A stretch of DNA of 63,663 nt, filler included, from Octopus bimaculoides (GCF_001194135.2; 5 parts of 4 records of this genome joined end to end with filler, not necessarily neighbours in it); one strand, 5' to 3'; positions 13,738 to 27,929 are shown, counted from the whole stretch's first letter. Made by a program: numbers and translations. Notes: generated from the sequence alone by a model not told the origin.

Positions 13738-14811
13738 ACATATATATATGGGTGTGTATACGATATATACGACGGGTTTTTTACAATTCCCTTCAACCAA
13801 ATCTCCTCAACCCGGATATATATTAGAAGACATTTGTTCAATGTTAGACGGTATCGGATTCCTACCGGAATCATATAAATGAACTTCCTATCACTCAGTC
13901 ATATATAAACACTCACACATGTATTACACACACACACACATGCACATACACATATGTATGTAAGTGTGTATGCATGTATGTATGTGTGTGTATGTATGTA
14001 TGTGTGTATGTACGTATTGAGTGATAGACATGTATGCATGCGCATGACAGAGAAACTGCAGGTATGATTTCTACACAATATATTTGCCACATTGTTTGTT
14101 GGCATTACATTTAGTTGCTATTAACCTTATGAACGATTAAGATATGATTTTGGTCGCACTGCAGTATGACTCATACAATATAAGAAATGAAATGTATGTG
14201 GATATTCTATGCATGTATATTCATCAATGTATACGTACGTGTATGCATTGTATGCTGGCATGTATGTATTCAGGCATATTTCACCAATGCATACTGGGAA
14301 GCAATATCATCATCCACGAGAAAACCGAATATTCTATATTTTCCTAACAGTGTATATTTCTTTGCCTTGTGTTCACTAGAATGTTAAACGTGCTCGGGTC
14401 ATATTCTGCCATCATAGTTGCAATGAAACGGCATAGCCACTTGGAAAACTTTCACCTACAACGCTGCTGCTTAACTATTTTGATATACTCTTTAACAAAT
14501 TCAATATAAAATATAGAAAAGATATCTAATTCATAGTCTCTTTGATGTTGAAAACTAAAGTATATTTGAAAATACTCCACCATCAAAATGTTCGCTAATT
14601 CATCATTAATTCACTAATTCAATAAATCATAACTTTCGGTCAATTGCTTCAAAAGAGGTTGATGACTTCCTTACACTAATCCAATGATCTGTGATCGATG
14701 AAATATAAACGATTCAACAAATGTCTTGAGTTTTCGGTCTATAATTTACCTGCCAATCATGTGTAAAGAAGAGCTGCACCATTTATATACGAAAGAGAGA
14801 GGTAGGTAGAT

Positions 14812-14865
<54 letters not shown>

Positions 14866-15328
14866 NNNNNNNNNNNNNNNNNNNNNNNNNNNNNNNNNNN
14901 NNNNNNNNNNNNNNNNNNNNNNNNNNNNNNNNNNNNNNNNNNNNNNNNNNNNNNNNNNNNNNNNNNNNNNNNNNNNNNNNNNNNNNNNNNNNNNNNNNNN
15001 NNNNNNNNNNNNNNNNNNNNNNNNNNNNNNNNNNNNNNNNNNNNNNNNNNNNNNNNNNNNNNNNNNNNNNNNNNNNNNNNNNNNNNNNNNNNNNNNNNNN
15101 NNNNNNNNNNNNNNNNNNNNNNNNNNNNNNNNNNNNNNNNNNNNNNNNNNNNNNNNNNNNNNNNNNNNNNNNNNNNNNNNNNNNNNNNNNNNNNNNNNNN
15201 NNNNNNNNNNNNNNNNNNNNNNNNNNNNNNNNNNNNNNNNNNNNNNNNNNNNNNNNNNNNNNNNNNNNNNNNNNNNNNNNNNNNNNNNNNNNNNNNNNNN
15301 NNNNNNNNNNNNNATATATGTGTGTATG

Positions 15329-15362
<34 letters not shown>

Positions 15363-15762
15363 CGTATGTATACACGTATGTGTGTGTGTGCAAACACATA
15401 AGCAAGATGCACTCAATGCATATAGATTTTACTTACAATTTTGTTTATTTCCCCCCAAAAATTTAGTATCTGCAATTTTTCCATGTCGTTCTCTCTTTCG
15501 TGCATAATTTCCTAACGAATTTCTCTCAACCTTTGCCTCCACATTCAATCGAATTCTCTGAAAGCGACCCTTCCAATACACACTAACTCTTCGAAACTGC
15601 AGAATTCTGCTCAGTTATATGCTCTGACTTCATGAAGCATACTCCAGCGTGTTTCTTTACACTGAACCACATATATTTTTTCTCTTACACCTTAATGTTC
15701 ACCCTTCTAACATAACCATGGTGATGAAGAAAAGCACTGACAATAACGGCCTTCATACACAC

Positions 15763-15920
15763 ATATATACGACGGGCTCCTTTTCAGTTTCCATCTACCA
15801 AATCCACTCACAAGGCTTTGGTCGGCCCGAGGGTATAGTAGAAGACACTTACCCAAGGTGCTACTGCACCCAGAACCGTGTGGTTTGTAAGCAAGCTACT
15901 TATCACACAGCCGCTCCAGC
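15763..15920 (-). mobile_element. SINE family A, 5' head
   Basis: Reverse complement closely matches 52957-53120. Confidence 0.85.
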
Positions 15921-18849
15921 GGTTGTGTGGCAGTATATATATATATATATNNNNNNNNNNNNNNNNNNNNNNNNNNNNNNNNNNNNNNNNNNNNNNNNNN
16001 NNNNNNNNNNNNNNNNNNNNNNNNNNNNNNNNNNNNNNNNNNNNNNNNNNNNNNNNNNNNNNNNNNNNNNNNNNNNNNNNNNNNNNNNNNNNNNNNNNNN
16101 NNNNNNNNNNNNNNNNNNNNNNNNNNNNNNNNNNNNNNNNNNNNNNNNNNNNNNNNNNNNNNNNNNNNNNNNNNNNNNNNNNNNNNNNNNNNNNNNNNNN
16201 NNNNNNNNNNNNNNNNNNNNNNNNNNNNNNNNNNNNNNNNNNNNNNNNNNNNNNNNNNNNNNNNNNNNNNNNNNNNNNNNNNNNNNNNNNNNNNNNNNNN
16301 NNNNNNNNNNNNNNNNNNNNNNNNNNNNNNNNNNNNNNNNNNNNNNNNNNNNNNNNNNNNNNNNNNNNNNNNNNNNNNNNNNNNNNNNNNNNNNNNNNNN
16401 NNNNNNNNNNNNNNNNNNNNNNNNNNNNNNNNNNNNNNNNNNNNNNNNNNNNNNNNNNNNNNNNNNNNNNNNNNNNNNNNNNNNNNNNNNNNNNNNNNNN
16501 NNNNNNNNNNNNNNNNNNNNNNNNNNNNNNNNNNNNNNNNNNNNNNNNNNNNNNNNNNNNNNNNNNNNNNNNNNNNNNNNNNNNNNNNNNNNNNNNNNNN
16601 NNNNNNNNNNNNNNNNNNNNNNNNNNNNNNNNNNNNNNNNNNNNNNNNNNNNNNNNNNNNNNNNNNNNNNNNNNNNNNNNNNNNNNNNNNNNNNNNNNNN
16701 NNNNNNNNNNNNNNNNNNNNNNNNNNNNNNNNNGGGGAAGCCAAAGGAGGGTAGAGAGTAGAAGATAGATAGAGAAAGGTTACTAAATTCTGTGAGGCAC
16801 TGAATAATAATAGAGAATGTAGTTGTGTCGGGTTAAGTTATTCCAGATTTCAAATACATTCCTTTTCCTGCAATCTTGTCTTTGCGATCACAATCCTACA
16901 AGTAATAAAATATACATGAATACATAGAGACCCACAGAAAACATGCCAACAAACACGAAATCACACTCATGTTTGTGTGAATGTATTTATATATGTATGT
17001 TTGCATGTACACACAAATATGTGTGATTGTGTGTATGCTTGCATGAATGTGCCTGTGTGTATGCTTATATACATGGTTAGTCAAAAGACAGCCAACTGTA
17101 AATTCAATTTTCATAAATACTATCTGTAATTCGGTATTGACTCGAATGGAAAAATGTGTCTCTCAAAAGGACTTTAGTTTGAATAATTTCCATGATGTTT
17201 CATATTTAGATGCTTTTATTAAATTCATTCAGTTATTAAACATAAATAAATTTTGGAATTAAATGGCTTTGATTTACTGTCAGGTGACTTTTGGCCAAAC
17301 CTGTATGTGTGTATGTGTGTGTGTGCACGCGTATATCTCAGTGTGTGTATTGTATATATGCATACAAAAACATGTATGCTTCGTGCATGTTTGTAGGTAT
17401 TTATGTGATCGTCATTGTGTTAGTAACTACTTCAAAAAGAACTAAGTCTTGACATGTGGATAAGTGCGAAACCACACAATGGAAGACACCCCGCACGACA
17501 GTTCACCGGATACAATTAGTAATCAGCATAGTGTGCGTGATCTCTAAACGCTTTAAGACAGTAGGGGATTATCTGACATTGATTCGACTGCTAATTTTAG
17601 CAGGTCAACTAACTACATGAAGTAACCTTACAGTGCATGTCAGAGTGTTCCTTTGAGTTTTTCAACAACCGGATGTATATGTATATGCGTTTGTAAATAG
17701 CCCCTGTTGGTTCGATAAAGGACATGCGCACGATTAATCTTTTACACGATCATGAATTACCTTGATTTCTATAACAAAAATTTCGGCTCGTATTACTTAC
17801 GGATAATGGAAAAAAAAAAATGAAATCTGACCAGAATTTATTAGGCATATTCTGATATAAGGTTTAATCAGTGGAGAGATGAAACAAATGATAGCGTTGT
17901 TGGAAATGGGCCCACAGTGGAACACTAATTTGGAAAACTCGTCATCCAGATACGAAATAGAATCCATAATTTCAAGTGTTGGGTTGCAGTTAAGAGCAAC
18001 AAATCTAATGATTCGTACACTTTACTTTCTTTTCAGAGTTGAAAATATACAGATGTGCAATTGTCTTAGGCATTGACTCTTAAATATAGCTAAACATATA
18101 AAGGACAGACTGAAATGAAACACGCGGTACGTTATTTGAACCCAGTTCAGCAATACAAGTGCAGGCATATAACTAATGTTCTACTAGTAACATATTCTGC
18201 TATGTTTACATAGATATGTAGTCGCGTGTTTACTTGATTCTGGTGAAAGATATTTTCATAAAAAGAAATATTACAAATGATACTGAACATAGACCAAAAG
18301 CAATACACCATATTATATGCAATGAGAAAAAAGGGAAATATAAACCATTAGCCAAAAGAATGACGTAGCTAGAAAATCATTCAAAAACATATAACTCATG
18401 CAAATATCAAGAAAATTTTATAACATGTTCAGATAAAAAATGATCCTGCACGATATGAATCGGAAACGTGAATATTAACAAAAGTCGAATTGATTACATC
18501 CCTAAGAACCAAGAATATCGAAGAGTGATCACAAAACCAATAATAAAAATTATAAATGTTGCAAATACTAATTATATGGTTTTATGTGCATAAATACGAA
18601 ATCATAAGCGTTTTGGACACTTCATTACTAATATGCGTGCAAGTATGTGAGTATGTGTATATGTTTCTCTTTGACAGAGCATGTATGTGGTAATATAAAG
18701 CACATTTTATGATTTAAATATTTCAAACATGAATACATAATGTGTAGTTTACTATTCTATTTGTATTATCTTAAGTGCATATCTATATTTCCATTAACAT
18801 ATAAGGGTTGCATCTTAATTTATGACATCTTTTTTTAATAATAGGTGTA

Positions 18850-19480
18850 AGATGTTCGAAATATCGGTGTTTTATTCTTCATGATCTTCAAAGCAGGTAC
18901 ATAATGAGATCCAAGGAGAAAGAACACACTGATTTGAAGAAGACAATTGCAGAAGTTGCTCAGTTTTGCCGGAATTGTTTGAAACCAATGAATGCACGTT
19001 CCTTTTTTATCGATCAGGAGAGAAAAAAAGGAACGAACTCTTCTTTTATGATTAAAAAACGAAAGCTCACTCCAAAACTAAAAAAAGATGTCCAAAGCCA
19101 GCTAACATTAGCGAAAATCCTTGTTCTTGATTCATTTATTTATTTCTTTTGGAGACAAAGAAACTATTCTCCTTGATTTTACGGAACGTGGTTGCAATGT
19201 GAATAGTAACTGTTACATTGAAACGTTTAGAACAACTTAAAGATGCCTTTAGGTGTTAGATATGGCAATGCGTTGTTACACACATCTTTGGCAACAAATC
19301 CGGTAGTCAGCAAATTCGACTGATCCGTGATATTTCATCCGTAGTGGCCATATCTTTGTCTCTCCGACTTCCAGCTGTTTGGTCCAATGAAAGACTGGAT
19401 GAAAAAGATGAGGGTATTGCAGCTGTGAAGAATTGCGTGCTTGAGTGCACACGTGAATTTTGACATACTAAATTCGAGAT
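18850..19480 (+). mobile_element. Mariner transposase remnant (catalytic/C-terminal part)
   Basis: Across frameshifts it reads FFWxxETILLDFTERGCNVNSNCYIET, an HGNAL motif (HDNA-like), and SDFQLFGPMKD (mariner YSPDLAPSDFHLF-like). Confidence 0.6.
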
Positions 19481-20639
19481 GTAAATGTATTAATTTTGAT
19501 GAGGAATATGGGAAGAAATACAGACAAACAGATGAAATATCACTTTCTGAAAATTTGAAATTTGAAGGACCTATGTCAGTTCATAAAAACATAATGTCCA
19601 CTTTTGTATAACTTTTGGGACACCACGGGAACAATATTATCAGGCTCTGAAATGTTATCACAAAGCGTTTTATATCTTAGCGGCCAGTAAATGATATACA
19701 CATAGAAACGGTATGAATAAATTCCTCATAGGTATAGAAACTCGTTAAATTAATCCCCTTATTACTCATCGGAGGTAGAGATGCATTGAGTTTTCACTTT
19801 TTTTAAAACTTTTCTTAGTGCTACTATATTGTATATTTATTTAGAATACTATTCAGAAGCATCACACTGTATATATACATATATATATATACAGACTAGG
19901 GATAGATTTTGGAAATCTGGTTGTTACGCTTAAGGTATAGAGTTGATGGTTTGTTAGGTCACTCTGATAGAAAAAAATAAAAACCCGGCATATATTGAAT
20001 CTACTATAGGAATTTAAACTAACACAAAACAAATACAATAATTATAAGTTCCTTTCCTATTTCAACATCAATTTAATTAAAATTGTAAGCAGACATCTGT
20101 CTAATTTGAAAAATTGATAATTAATAATTCATTAGGCGGATGCATCTGTATGCTAGAATATTGTTCGACACGTGCATACACTTATTTCTGAACCATATCT
20201 GTATTTCGTTGTTGGTATATGTATGAATATATGTGTGTTTATGTGCTTGGGTTCTTCTATAGGTGTTATACACTTGTGTATATATTCAAGATAACTAATA
20301 AATGGTTTAAGAGATAAAGGTTTTACCGCAAGATATATATCTTTCCCAAAGTAACAAAGGATATACGAGTTGTTCAATGTTTCAGTATATGTTCACATAT
20401 TTTATTTCTGATCTGCACATGTTTTCGGAAAATTTCCATATGAGTACGTGTGCTAGGACTAAAACATTTGTATCGTGGTTGGGGCAAACCGTACATTAGA
20501 AACACACACTCCATTATGGTCAAGTTTATTGTATTTTATAGCAAAGTATTATAAAGCAAGTACAAATCTTTCGTACTGCTATGTCGTCGACACCGATTAC
20601 TTTTTACACTGCCTGTCAATCATTATATATAATTTAGTT

Positions 20640-21000
20640 TGTCTTTGAAACATTGACCATGGCAGAGAAAGTTGTCATGGTGATAACTACTCAGAGGCCA
20701 GCACAATGTTGCAGAGCGTGTAAGGGGTTTTGTGTATGAGCCGCACACAAGTGTACGAGTCTTTCAGATGTTTCTAAGATGGCCGAAAAATTGTCGATAT
20801 TGATGAACGTTCTGGGACATACGCAACCAGTAGAACTGAGAAAATGATCGCAGATGAGCTGTCAGCTGTGAGGGGAAAATCATCGAATCACCATCTATGA
20901 ATTATCAGAAGTTGTCTAGATTAGTTACGGTTCAGTTCAGTCCATTATCAATGAAGATTTGGACATGAGTTGTGTGTCTGCCAAGATTGTGCCAAAACTG
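20640..21000 (+). mobile_element. Mariner transposase remnant (N-terminal HTH to WVPR-like motif)
   Basis: Reads MSRTQVYESFRCF*DGRKIVDIDERSG...HRITIYELSEVV*ISYGSVQSIINEDLDMSCVSAKIVPKL. Confidence 0.75.
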
Positions 21001-21039
21001 ACTTGAACTGCCAAAGAAGACACTCGGGTTTTAGTTGTA

Positions 21040-21310
21040 CAAATATCTCCTTTATTGTGTCGAGAAAAATGAAAAGTGTTGGAAACTTTGCCTAGGCCTT
21101 CGAGGAGGTAGCGCCAAGATTTTGACAAAATTTGACGCAGATTCTCTGCTTAGCCTTCTCTGGCATATTCAATGGGACGATCAAACGCTGTACACCTTCC
21201 TTCCAAGTACTGCTGTAAACGGCGAAATTGAGCTAGAACGTTAAAACTTAGTGCGTATGTACAGCAGTGTTCAAGGTCAATTCGTCCCACGCTACATTAC
21301 TCTGCATGCT
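21040..21310 (-). mobile_element. Mariner 5' remnant, inverted relative to the 20640 piece
   Basis: Minus strand reads MPEKAKQRICVKFCQNLG, resembling the mariner N-terminus EQRxxIKFC. Confidence 0.6.
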
Positions 21311-21318
21311 TAAGCTTC

Positions 21319-21332
21319 GTTACTATGGCAAC
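21319..21332. promoter_or_regulatory. RFX X-box-like motif
   Basis: GTTACTATGGCAAC matches the GTTRCYATGGYAAC consensus. It lies at the 5' edge of the mariner remnant, and function is unproven. Confidence 0.3.
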
Positions 21333-23614
21333 GGTGCGTATACTTATTGATCAGACTAAGTATACTTATAGATATAGAGGTGTGTGTGTGTATGTATCCA
21401 TGTATGTATTATGTATGTATGTACGTGCGTATGCAGGTATGTACGTACGTGCATACCTATGTACGTATGCATATGTGTCAGAGACAACCAAAACTATATT
21501 TATGAAAAGCATACTCCAAGAAAAATCCATTACCACTGCGAGGCACGTGCCAAATTAGCATATGGTGGTAGAGGTATCTATCCCAGAGCCAAATGAATAA
21601 GAATACTATAAGAACTTCTGAAAAATAAGAACAAGTTTATGGAGGTTGCATCACTTGACCCGAGAGTACGTGAAAATGTAATCACTACCAACAAATTTTA
21701 ACAATGATATTAAAACTTTCTAATTAAATCATATGTTCATCAATTGTGAAATTCTTAATCGATTGCATCGATTCCACTAATGGACTGGTACTTTTTATTA
21801 ACCAGAAAGGTTAAAAACAATTTGAACACAGAACGTAACGGGCAACAACAAAAACCTGAAAATATTTTCCAACACACAATCAAATTTACCGAAATCTAAA
21901 TAGAACTTTAGATAAATACGAACATCTTTTCATTCCTTTCAGTTTCACAGACTGGTTATCTATTTTGTTTCTATGTTTTTAATCGGTGACTTCTGTTTGT
22001 TGGATTATTATTTTCAAACCGTCTAAACATTCCTCTTTCTGATGTCTGTAATTTATTCTGATAATTCTGTCTATAGTTGAAAATTATGCATTTGTGGGAA
22101 ATCTAAGGACTGAAGGTATTTTAAAATGATTGCTTGCCTGCATTAGGCTTTGTATACATTACAGTAACGCCACTTCATAGACATTGTTTTTCATTCTGAG
22201 TCAAGTGTTTGTTCCCGATCCAACATTAAGTTATTTATCATTTTATGTTTCACCATATGCTATACCTGGAAAGAAATGAATCAGTTGAACTTTTAACAAT
22301 ATTTTTCGGCAACAATACATACATATGCCTTCATATACAACCCAATATATAAAATATGTATAAGTGTGGGATGTATATACTAATACCGTGTACATGTTTA
22401 TTTTAATTAGTTAATACAAGAGAGACTTTCGATTTTTGCAAAATTTACATTTCCCTAGTCGTTTATTCCATGTTAGAAAATACTCGAATACCAGTATAGG
22501 TTTTTATATTCTTTATCTCTATTTTAATTAGATTATTGTTTAGTGGGTTTCGTTACCGTTCAGTTAAGATGGCAATTGCAATTCTGTGTAATTTCAGTGG
22601 TCTAGTATATAATTTCGTTACTGTTTCTCAAGTTGTCACTTAACACACATTAATTCAACCTCGACTTACTTTTGATATCCAGCTAGAAAGCAGATGTTGC
22701 ATTGTGTTTTATTAATATCTCTACTGAGGTTTTTTTTCATTTCTAGCCTCTCGATTTTGTATGGATTTTATCAATACTGCACTCATTGCAAAAGCCAACC
22801 ACCTGAATAACGTGGTCCAAACATAATATATATTTTAGCTCTTCATCTGGTACTTACTAGATATATTTTTTATGCTTTTTCTATTGTTTCCACTATATTG
22901 GTTATTTATCCACCTTATTATATATATTTTCTTGCATTCTAAACAATGGCGACATATAGAATGTCCAAACTTTCACTTCTCTTTCTCTTGGCAACAAATT
23001 GATTTCTTTTCACGATTTGTATAATGCTGAACTCGATAAAATCGACTTGGCTTAAAGGCATTTTTTTTTCCTTTTACGATGGCTCTTTTGCGTAAGGATA
23101 GATTTTGAGAATTTAAATTGTTAAGTATTCTTCAGACGTGTATACAACAGTCGTAAATTTTAAGGTATTGTCTCTCTTTGCATACTTGTAATCTCGCGTT
23201 TGATCTTATTTCAGGTTTCAAAACCATTTCTTAATGTTCTCTGATTATTGATTCTCCAACTTGTTAACTTGGGTTCAGCTGTTGTTATAAAAGAAATCAT
23301 TTAGTTGAGATACCATATTTTACGACCCCTGAGGATTATATATATATATGTCTCTATGCACACGCTCACATATATGTATGAGGTGATGCATTCTCAAATA
23401 TTAATGTTTACTTCTTTTTTTCAGCATATCTATAAGTTAAGTTGTCTTTTACTGCATTCCTTTTCCTTTGGGTTTTGTTTTTAATTTATTCTTAGTGAGT
23501 GTCTTTCTAGAAAGTGTCTTTTGCTATTCCATCAATATTTGATAGTTTTTTACTTATTTCTTAAATAATTTCCTGTACGGCCACTTTAGGCATTTTAAAT
23601 TCTACCAGACTCAC

Positions 23615-23803
23615 ACTTCGAGCAATGCATTCCGAATGAAATCCAGAAGAAAGATCATAGACATCACTCGAATCCATTTGAGAGGATTGTTTCTATTCAT
23701 GCTTTCATCGATTTCACCTGTCACCCGGTTGTATTCAAGCGCTACAGTAATGTTTCCAGTTGGAAGAAAGCTTCTTCTCTGTCTTTTACAAATAACATAC
23801 GCT
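23615..23803 (-). other. Candidate internal exon (189 nt, phase 2-2), product unrecognised
   Basis: Minus-strand acceptor TCATCCTTTGTTCAG and donor GT|GTGAGT bracket an open frame AYVICKRQRRSFLPTG...IRNALLE. An alternative plus-strand exon at 23609-23825 is also open. Confidence 0.3.
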
Positions 23804-23989
23804 CTGAACAAAGGATGACTACATGGTGACCCTCACTAGTTACAAAGCAAATCTAAAGCAGACCTAAAGCAAATATTTATGGAATTTACGATCTTCTTTA
23901 ACTTATAGTTTATATTATTGCCTTATTCCCAAAGTTAAACTTTGGTGGCATTCTCTTAGCCTTTTTTTTTAATATCAACATATGTTACT

Positions 23990-24190
23990 ATTGAATTGTT
24001 CAGGCCGGAAGGGAAATGTAATGACATAAAATTACCACAACACAGTATTAGGATATTGTAGCTGTAACTTATAACTGGGACGGCTAACTTGTTAATGCCT
24101 ATTGTCTTGTTTTTAGCATTGATCTCTGTTTTTAGTATTGATCTAACTCGTCTATAATATTCTTTCTTTCTTTTCTCTTCCATTTGTGTG
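23990..24190 (-). mobile_element. R4/Dong-like LINE fragment
   Basis: KKEYYRRVRSILKTEINAKNKTIGINKLAVPVISYS is typical of the post-RT region of R4/Dong-like elements. Confidence 0.7.
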
Positions 24191-24386
24191 TGTTGTATCC
24201 TATCTAGTTCATTGATTCCTAAATATGTATGTCTAACTTTGGTCGAATTCTCTTATTTCATTGACTTTATCTATTGTGATGTTGCTACTCTTAACTAGTT
24301 TTCCTCTTTTCAGAGTTCCTTTGGCACATTTTTCTAATCCAAATTTCATATATATGTCCTTGGTAAATCCGTGTACTGCCTATAGT

Positions 24387-24389
<3 letters not shown>

Positions 24390-24469
<80 letters not shown>

Positions 24470-24545
24470 CATTATTGTTGTTGTTGTTGTTGTTGTTGTC
24501 GTCGTCGTCGTCGTCGCCGTTGTTGTTGTTGTTGTTGTTACTATT
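24390..24545. repeat. (TAT)n-(TGT)n-(CGT)n compound microsatellite
   Basis: Read directly from the sequence. Confidence 0.95.
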
Positions 24546-25221
24546 ATCATTGTTGAGTGAGAGAGCACTGCATGCTATGAAAGTGAAACTGCGATTAAAT
24601 ATACGAAGGCCAGTGTACCCGTATGATAAGTATACGCAAGGCACATGCATCACAAACATATGTGTATGACATTGTGATGCCATATCAAGATAAACAGCGA
24701 ATGACCTTGCAGTGGGGCCCAGTTAGAATTTTCTTCATTTCGAGTAACACATTCCTCTCAAAAGTTCCCTGAATCAGGGTTGTTTAAGGATATTGAACGA
24801 AACACCCATATTTCCAGAAGTGAATTATCCAAACCCAAAGAATTATTTTCAACACATACCTATGATGCTCCCAAATTACTTCTACTCGTGATCAGAGATC
24901 GTCAGCCAATATGGGACATGCTCAACCGGTTAAGGTCAAAAACTGACAAACAAATATGTGGTATTGAGCAGAATATTTGCTGTATCTCATCTTTTATACC
25001 AAGATAAAACAATGTACATGATAAAACTACCAATCAGTTAAGATCAGAAGCTATGAAAGCCACTCCCTGTTACTTCATTGGGGAATTTGTTATTATTATA
25101 ATGATTATTACTTTTAATCTGCATGTTTGTCACATTCACTTGCGGGGAGACAGCCAGCGTTCTAGGACGAGAGAAGGATAAATGATCTTAACGTATGACT
25201 GAAACCTCTGCTTTATTTCCA

Positions 25222-25242
25222 TTATTATTATTATTATTATTA

Positions 25243-25316
<74 letters not shown>
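25222..25316. repeat. (TAT)n microsatellite
   Basis: Read directly from the sequence. Confidence 0.95.
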
Positions 25317-25317
<1 letters not shown>

Positions 25318-25849
25318 TCTCTCCACGAGCATGTTTTTTTCGAAAGAGTGTTTCTGTTGATGTCAAATGGAAATCGAACAAATGTCATAGCATTCAATCA
25401 TAGAGCATTTATACGCACTCTGTCGTTAAACAAATTAATGATGCAAAAATAAACAGTGCTGCTAATATAGTGAAGGTTAACGACCCCTCTTTATGGAGCA
25501 CTATAGAGAGTTAAAAGCATGAAGCTGCGAGGAAAAAAATCCCAGTTCTATTTATATAACAGTTCCAAGCTTCCACACGACTGTATCTAAGCTGTTTCTT
25601 CCCAAAAAGTGATAAGGATTCAGCATAAACCTCAAATATAATCTTTCAAATAGGCAAAAGGAAAACAAAACACAGAAAAGTTTATCCCTATAAAACCTTA
25701 ATCATATCTGTTATTCCTTCAACAAAACATTATATTCCATCATGCATTTCACAAATACATATTGAAAATGTGAGAATTCTCCATTGGATTTAAAGCACAA
25801 ATGCGAACTGTCAAGGATTTAGAAAAATAACACAATCCTACCCTTGAAA

Positions 25850-26830
25850 TAATCTGAATCTTTTTGCATTTCACACTGGTTTCACAAATTAGTCATGTTC
25901 CGGTCCAAATTTGATTTTACCAAATTTACTTAATCCTAATTACAATTTGCTCACAACATTCATGTCATTTGGTATGGCTACATCAATGATCTGACAGTAT
26001 TTGTCTCTCTTATTTAATATGACATTATCCAGCAAGGCTGTCACATCCACTTACTAAGTGGGTCATATTTTCCACACTCTTTCCACAGATTCTGCATTTC
26101 TGGGTGTTAGCAGTTTATAAATGAAGTATAAATGTTATACTTCACTGAATTGGTAGAGAGAGCCTGGTCTTATACAGCAATGAACAGGCTTTCGGTGGTA
26201 CGCTTCAAATCATCTCGTTCAATCCATGCCCACGATACCGTATTGTCCTTAACATCTTGTGTATTCCTTTCAAACTGTCCATGCGTTCTCATTTTAAGAA
26301 GGTCTTCTTTTCTCTTCTCCTCACCTCTTTGGTTAAACTCTTCCTTGCCCATTACTTCATCTGCATTTACACCGTTACCTTTAGCTGCATATTGCAGCAG
26401 GCCTTCATCACTATTTATCAAATATTCGGCAAATGTTCTCCTTTCAATCCTTCTACAAGTCTCTTTCCGTTTGATTTAGGGTGTCGACCCACATGCAATG
26501 TCATCAACTTTCTTGTCCTTCTATCCAGTGTTGATATCTGACCACCGCAACTGCCCATATATTCATTGCGGTTATCAAATGTTTGGTGTTCAGTTTGAAA
26601 TTCGAAACCATCTTCACCCTCTATAAATACGCGTCGCTGGCCTTGACTTTCAGTTCTCTGTGTAAAATGTCATCGAGCTCCAAAATCCCTAAATGTCAAT
26701 AGCCACTACCGTCGGGTCACCCATTGTCTCTCCTGATGGTAACCGCAATCCTCTGCAGGCGGCTTCCTTCCCTCTTTTCATATTAAGTACTGAGCATTTG
26801 GTGATTCCATATTCCATACCGACGTCCTTA
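25850..26830 (-). mobile_element. R4/Dong-like LINE, degenerate 3' part
   Basis: Reads EYLINSDEGLLQYAAKG...LLKMRTHGQFERNTQDVKDNTVSWAWIERDDLKRTTESLFIAV, homologous to the equivalent region of the 37431-39705 copy. Confidence 0.75.
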
Positions 26831-26859
26831 TCACACATCTGGATTGTTGTTGTTGTTGT

Positions 26860-26904
26860 TATTTATTATTATTATTGTTGTTGTTGTTGTTGTTGTTGTT
26901 GCTG

Positions 26905-26987
<83 letters not shown>

Positions 26988-26990
26988 TAG
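26860..26990. repeat. (TGT)n/(TAT)n microsatellite
   Basis: Read directly from the sequence; sits at the 5' end of the minus-strand LINE. Confidence 0.95.
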
Positions 26991-27019
26991 GTGGGGAGAA
27001 AAATCATTAGCACTCCTGG

Positions 27020-27185
27020 TGACAGGCTTATCGATATATCATCTGCCTCTACATTATGAGTTCAAATTCCGCCGAGGTCGACTTTCATCCTTTCGGGGTC
27101 GATACATTAAGTACCAGTGAAACACTGGGTCAATGTAATCGATCAACCCACTCTCCCCATGTTTTAGGCCTTTAGTCGAAAGTGT
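27020..27185 (+). mobile_element. SINE family B fragment
   Basis: GAGTTCAAATTCCGCCGAGGTCGACTTTCATCCTTTCGGGGTCGATA..AAGTACCAG is shared with the other family B copies. Confidence 0.8.
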
Positions 27186-27753
27186 TTTTCTTATTATTAT
27201 TTTCATCATCATCAACATTACAAACTAAATGATTCATATGAATTATCTACCTCGGGGTATGATATACAAGGAATATCATGTTAATGTGGAAAACTAAGAT
27301 GAATTAACAATCAATTATTCACGTATCTGTCACATTGTTTATGTTCATTCTATATCTGAATGTCGCCAGCAGATTCAAGAATAAATCAAATAAAAATAAA
27401 ACAATTTGTATTCTGACAAATTTTGAGAAAATAGTGAAATATGATTTTAATAACTTTATTTAAAAAATATATATTGTAGATTATTTTCATTTTTATAACA
27501 CACAGATTCGCAGGCGAATAAGCATGCATGCGCAGAGATACACACATACATATAAAAACGTTGAATAATCTCGAGCGAGTGCGACAAGAGTGCTCAATAT
27601 ACCAGGGTGTATGGTTTATTGAAACTGTATAGTTATCTCACCATTTGAGGCTCATAACATTGCAACACTAAAGTTAGTTCTAGGCTGGAGGAAGTATATA
27701 TATATATATNNNNNNNNNNNNNNNNNNNNNNNNNNNNNNNNNNNNNNNNNNNN

Positions 27754-27765
27754 TTAATTAATTAA
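27754..27765. other. Artificial scaffold linker (six-frame stop) in a 100-bp gap
   Basis: TTAATTAATTAA flanked by exactly 44 N on each side. Confidence 0.95.
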
Positions 27766-27929
27766 NNNNNNNNNNNNNNNNNNNNNNNNNNNNNNNNNNN
27801 NNNNNNNNNAGTATGTATGTATGTCTCTTCTATTTTTCAATTATTATAAATCTTCCACTGAGGAGGGAGCCGGTTTCCAACAAAGAGACAAGCCTCCATC
27901 TTTGGGATGTAGTTAACACAGACAAATTC

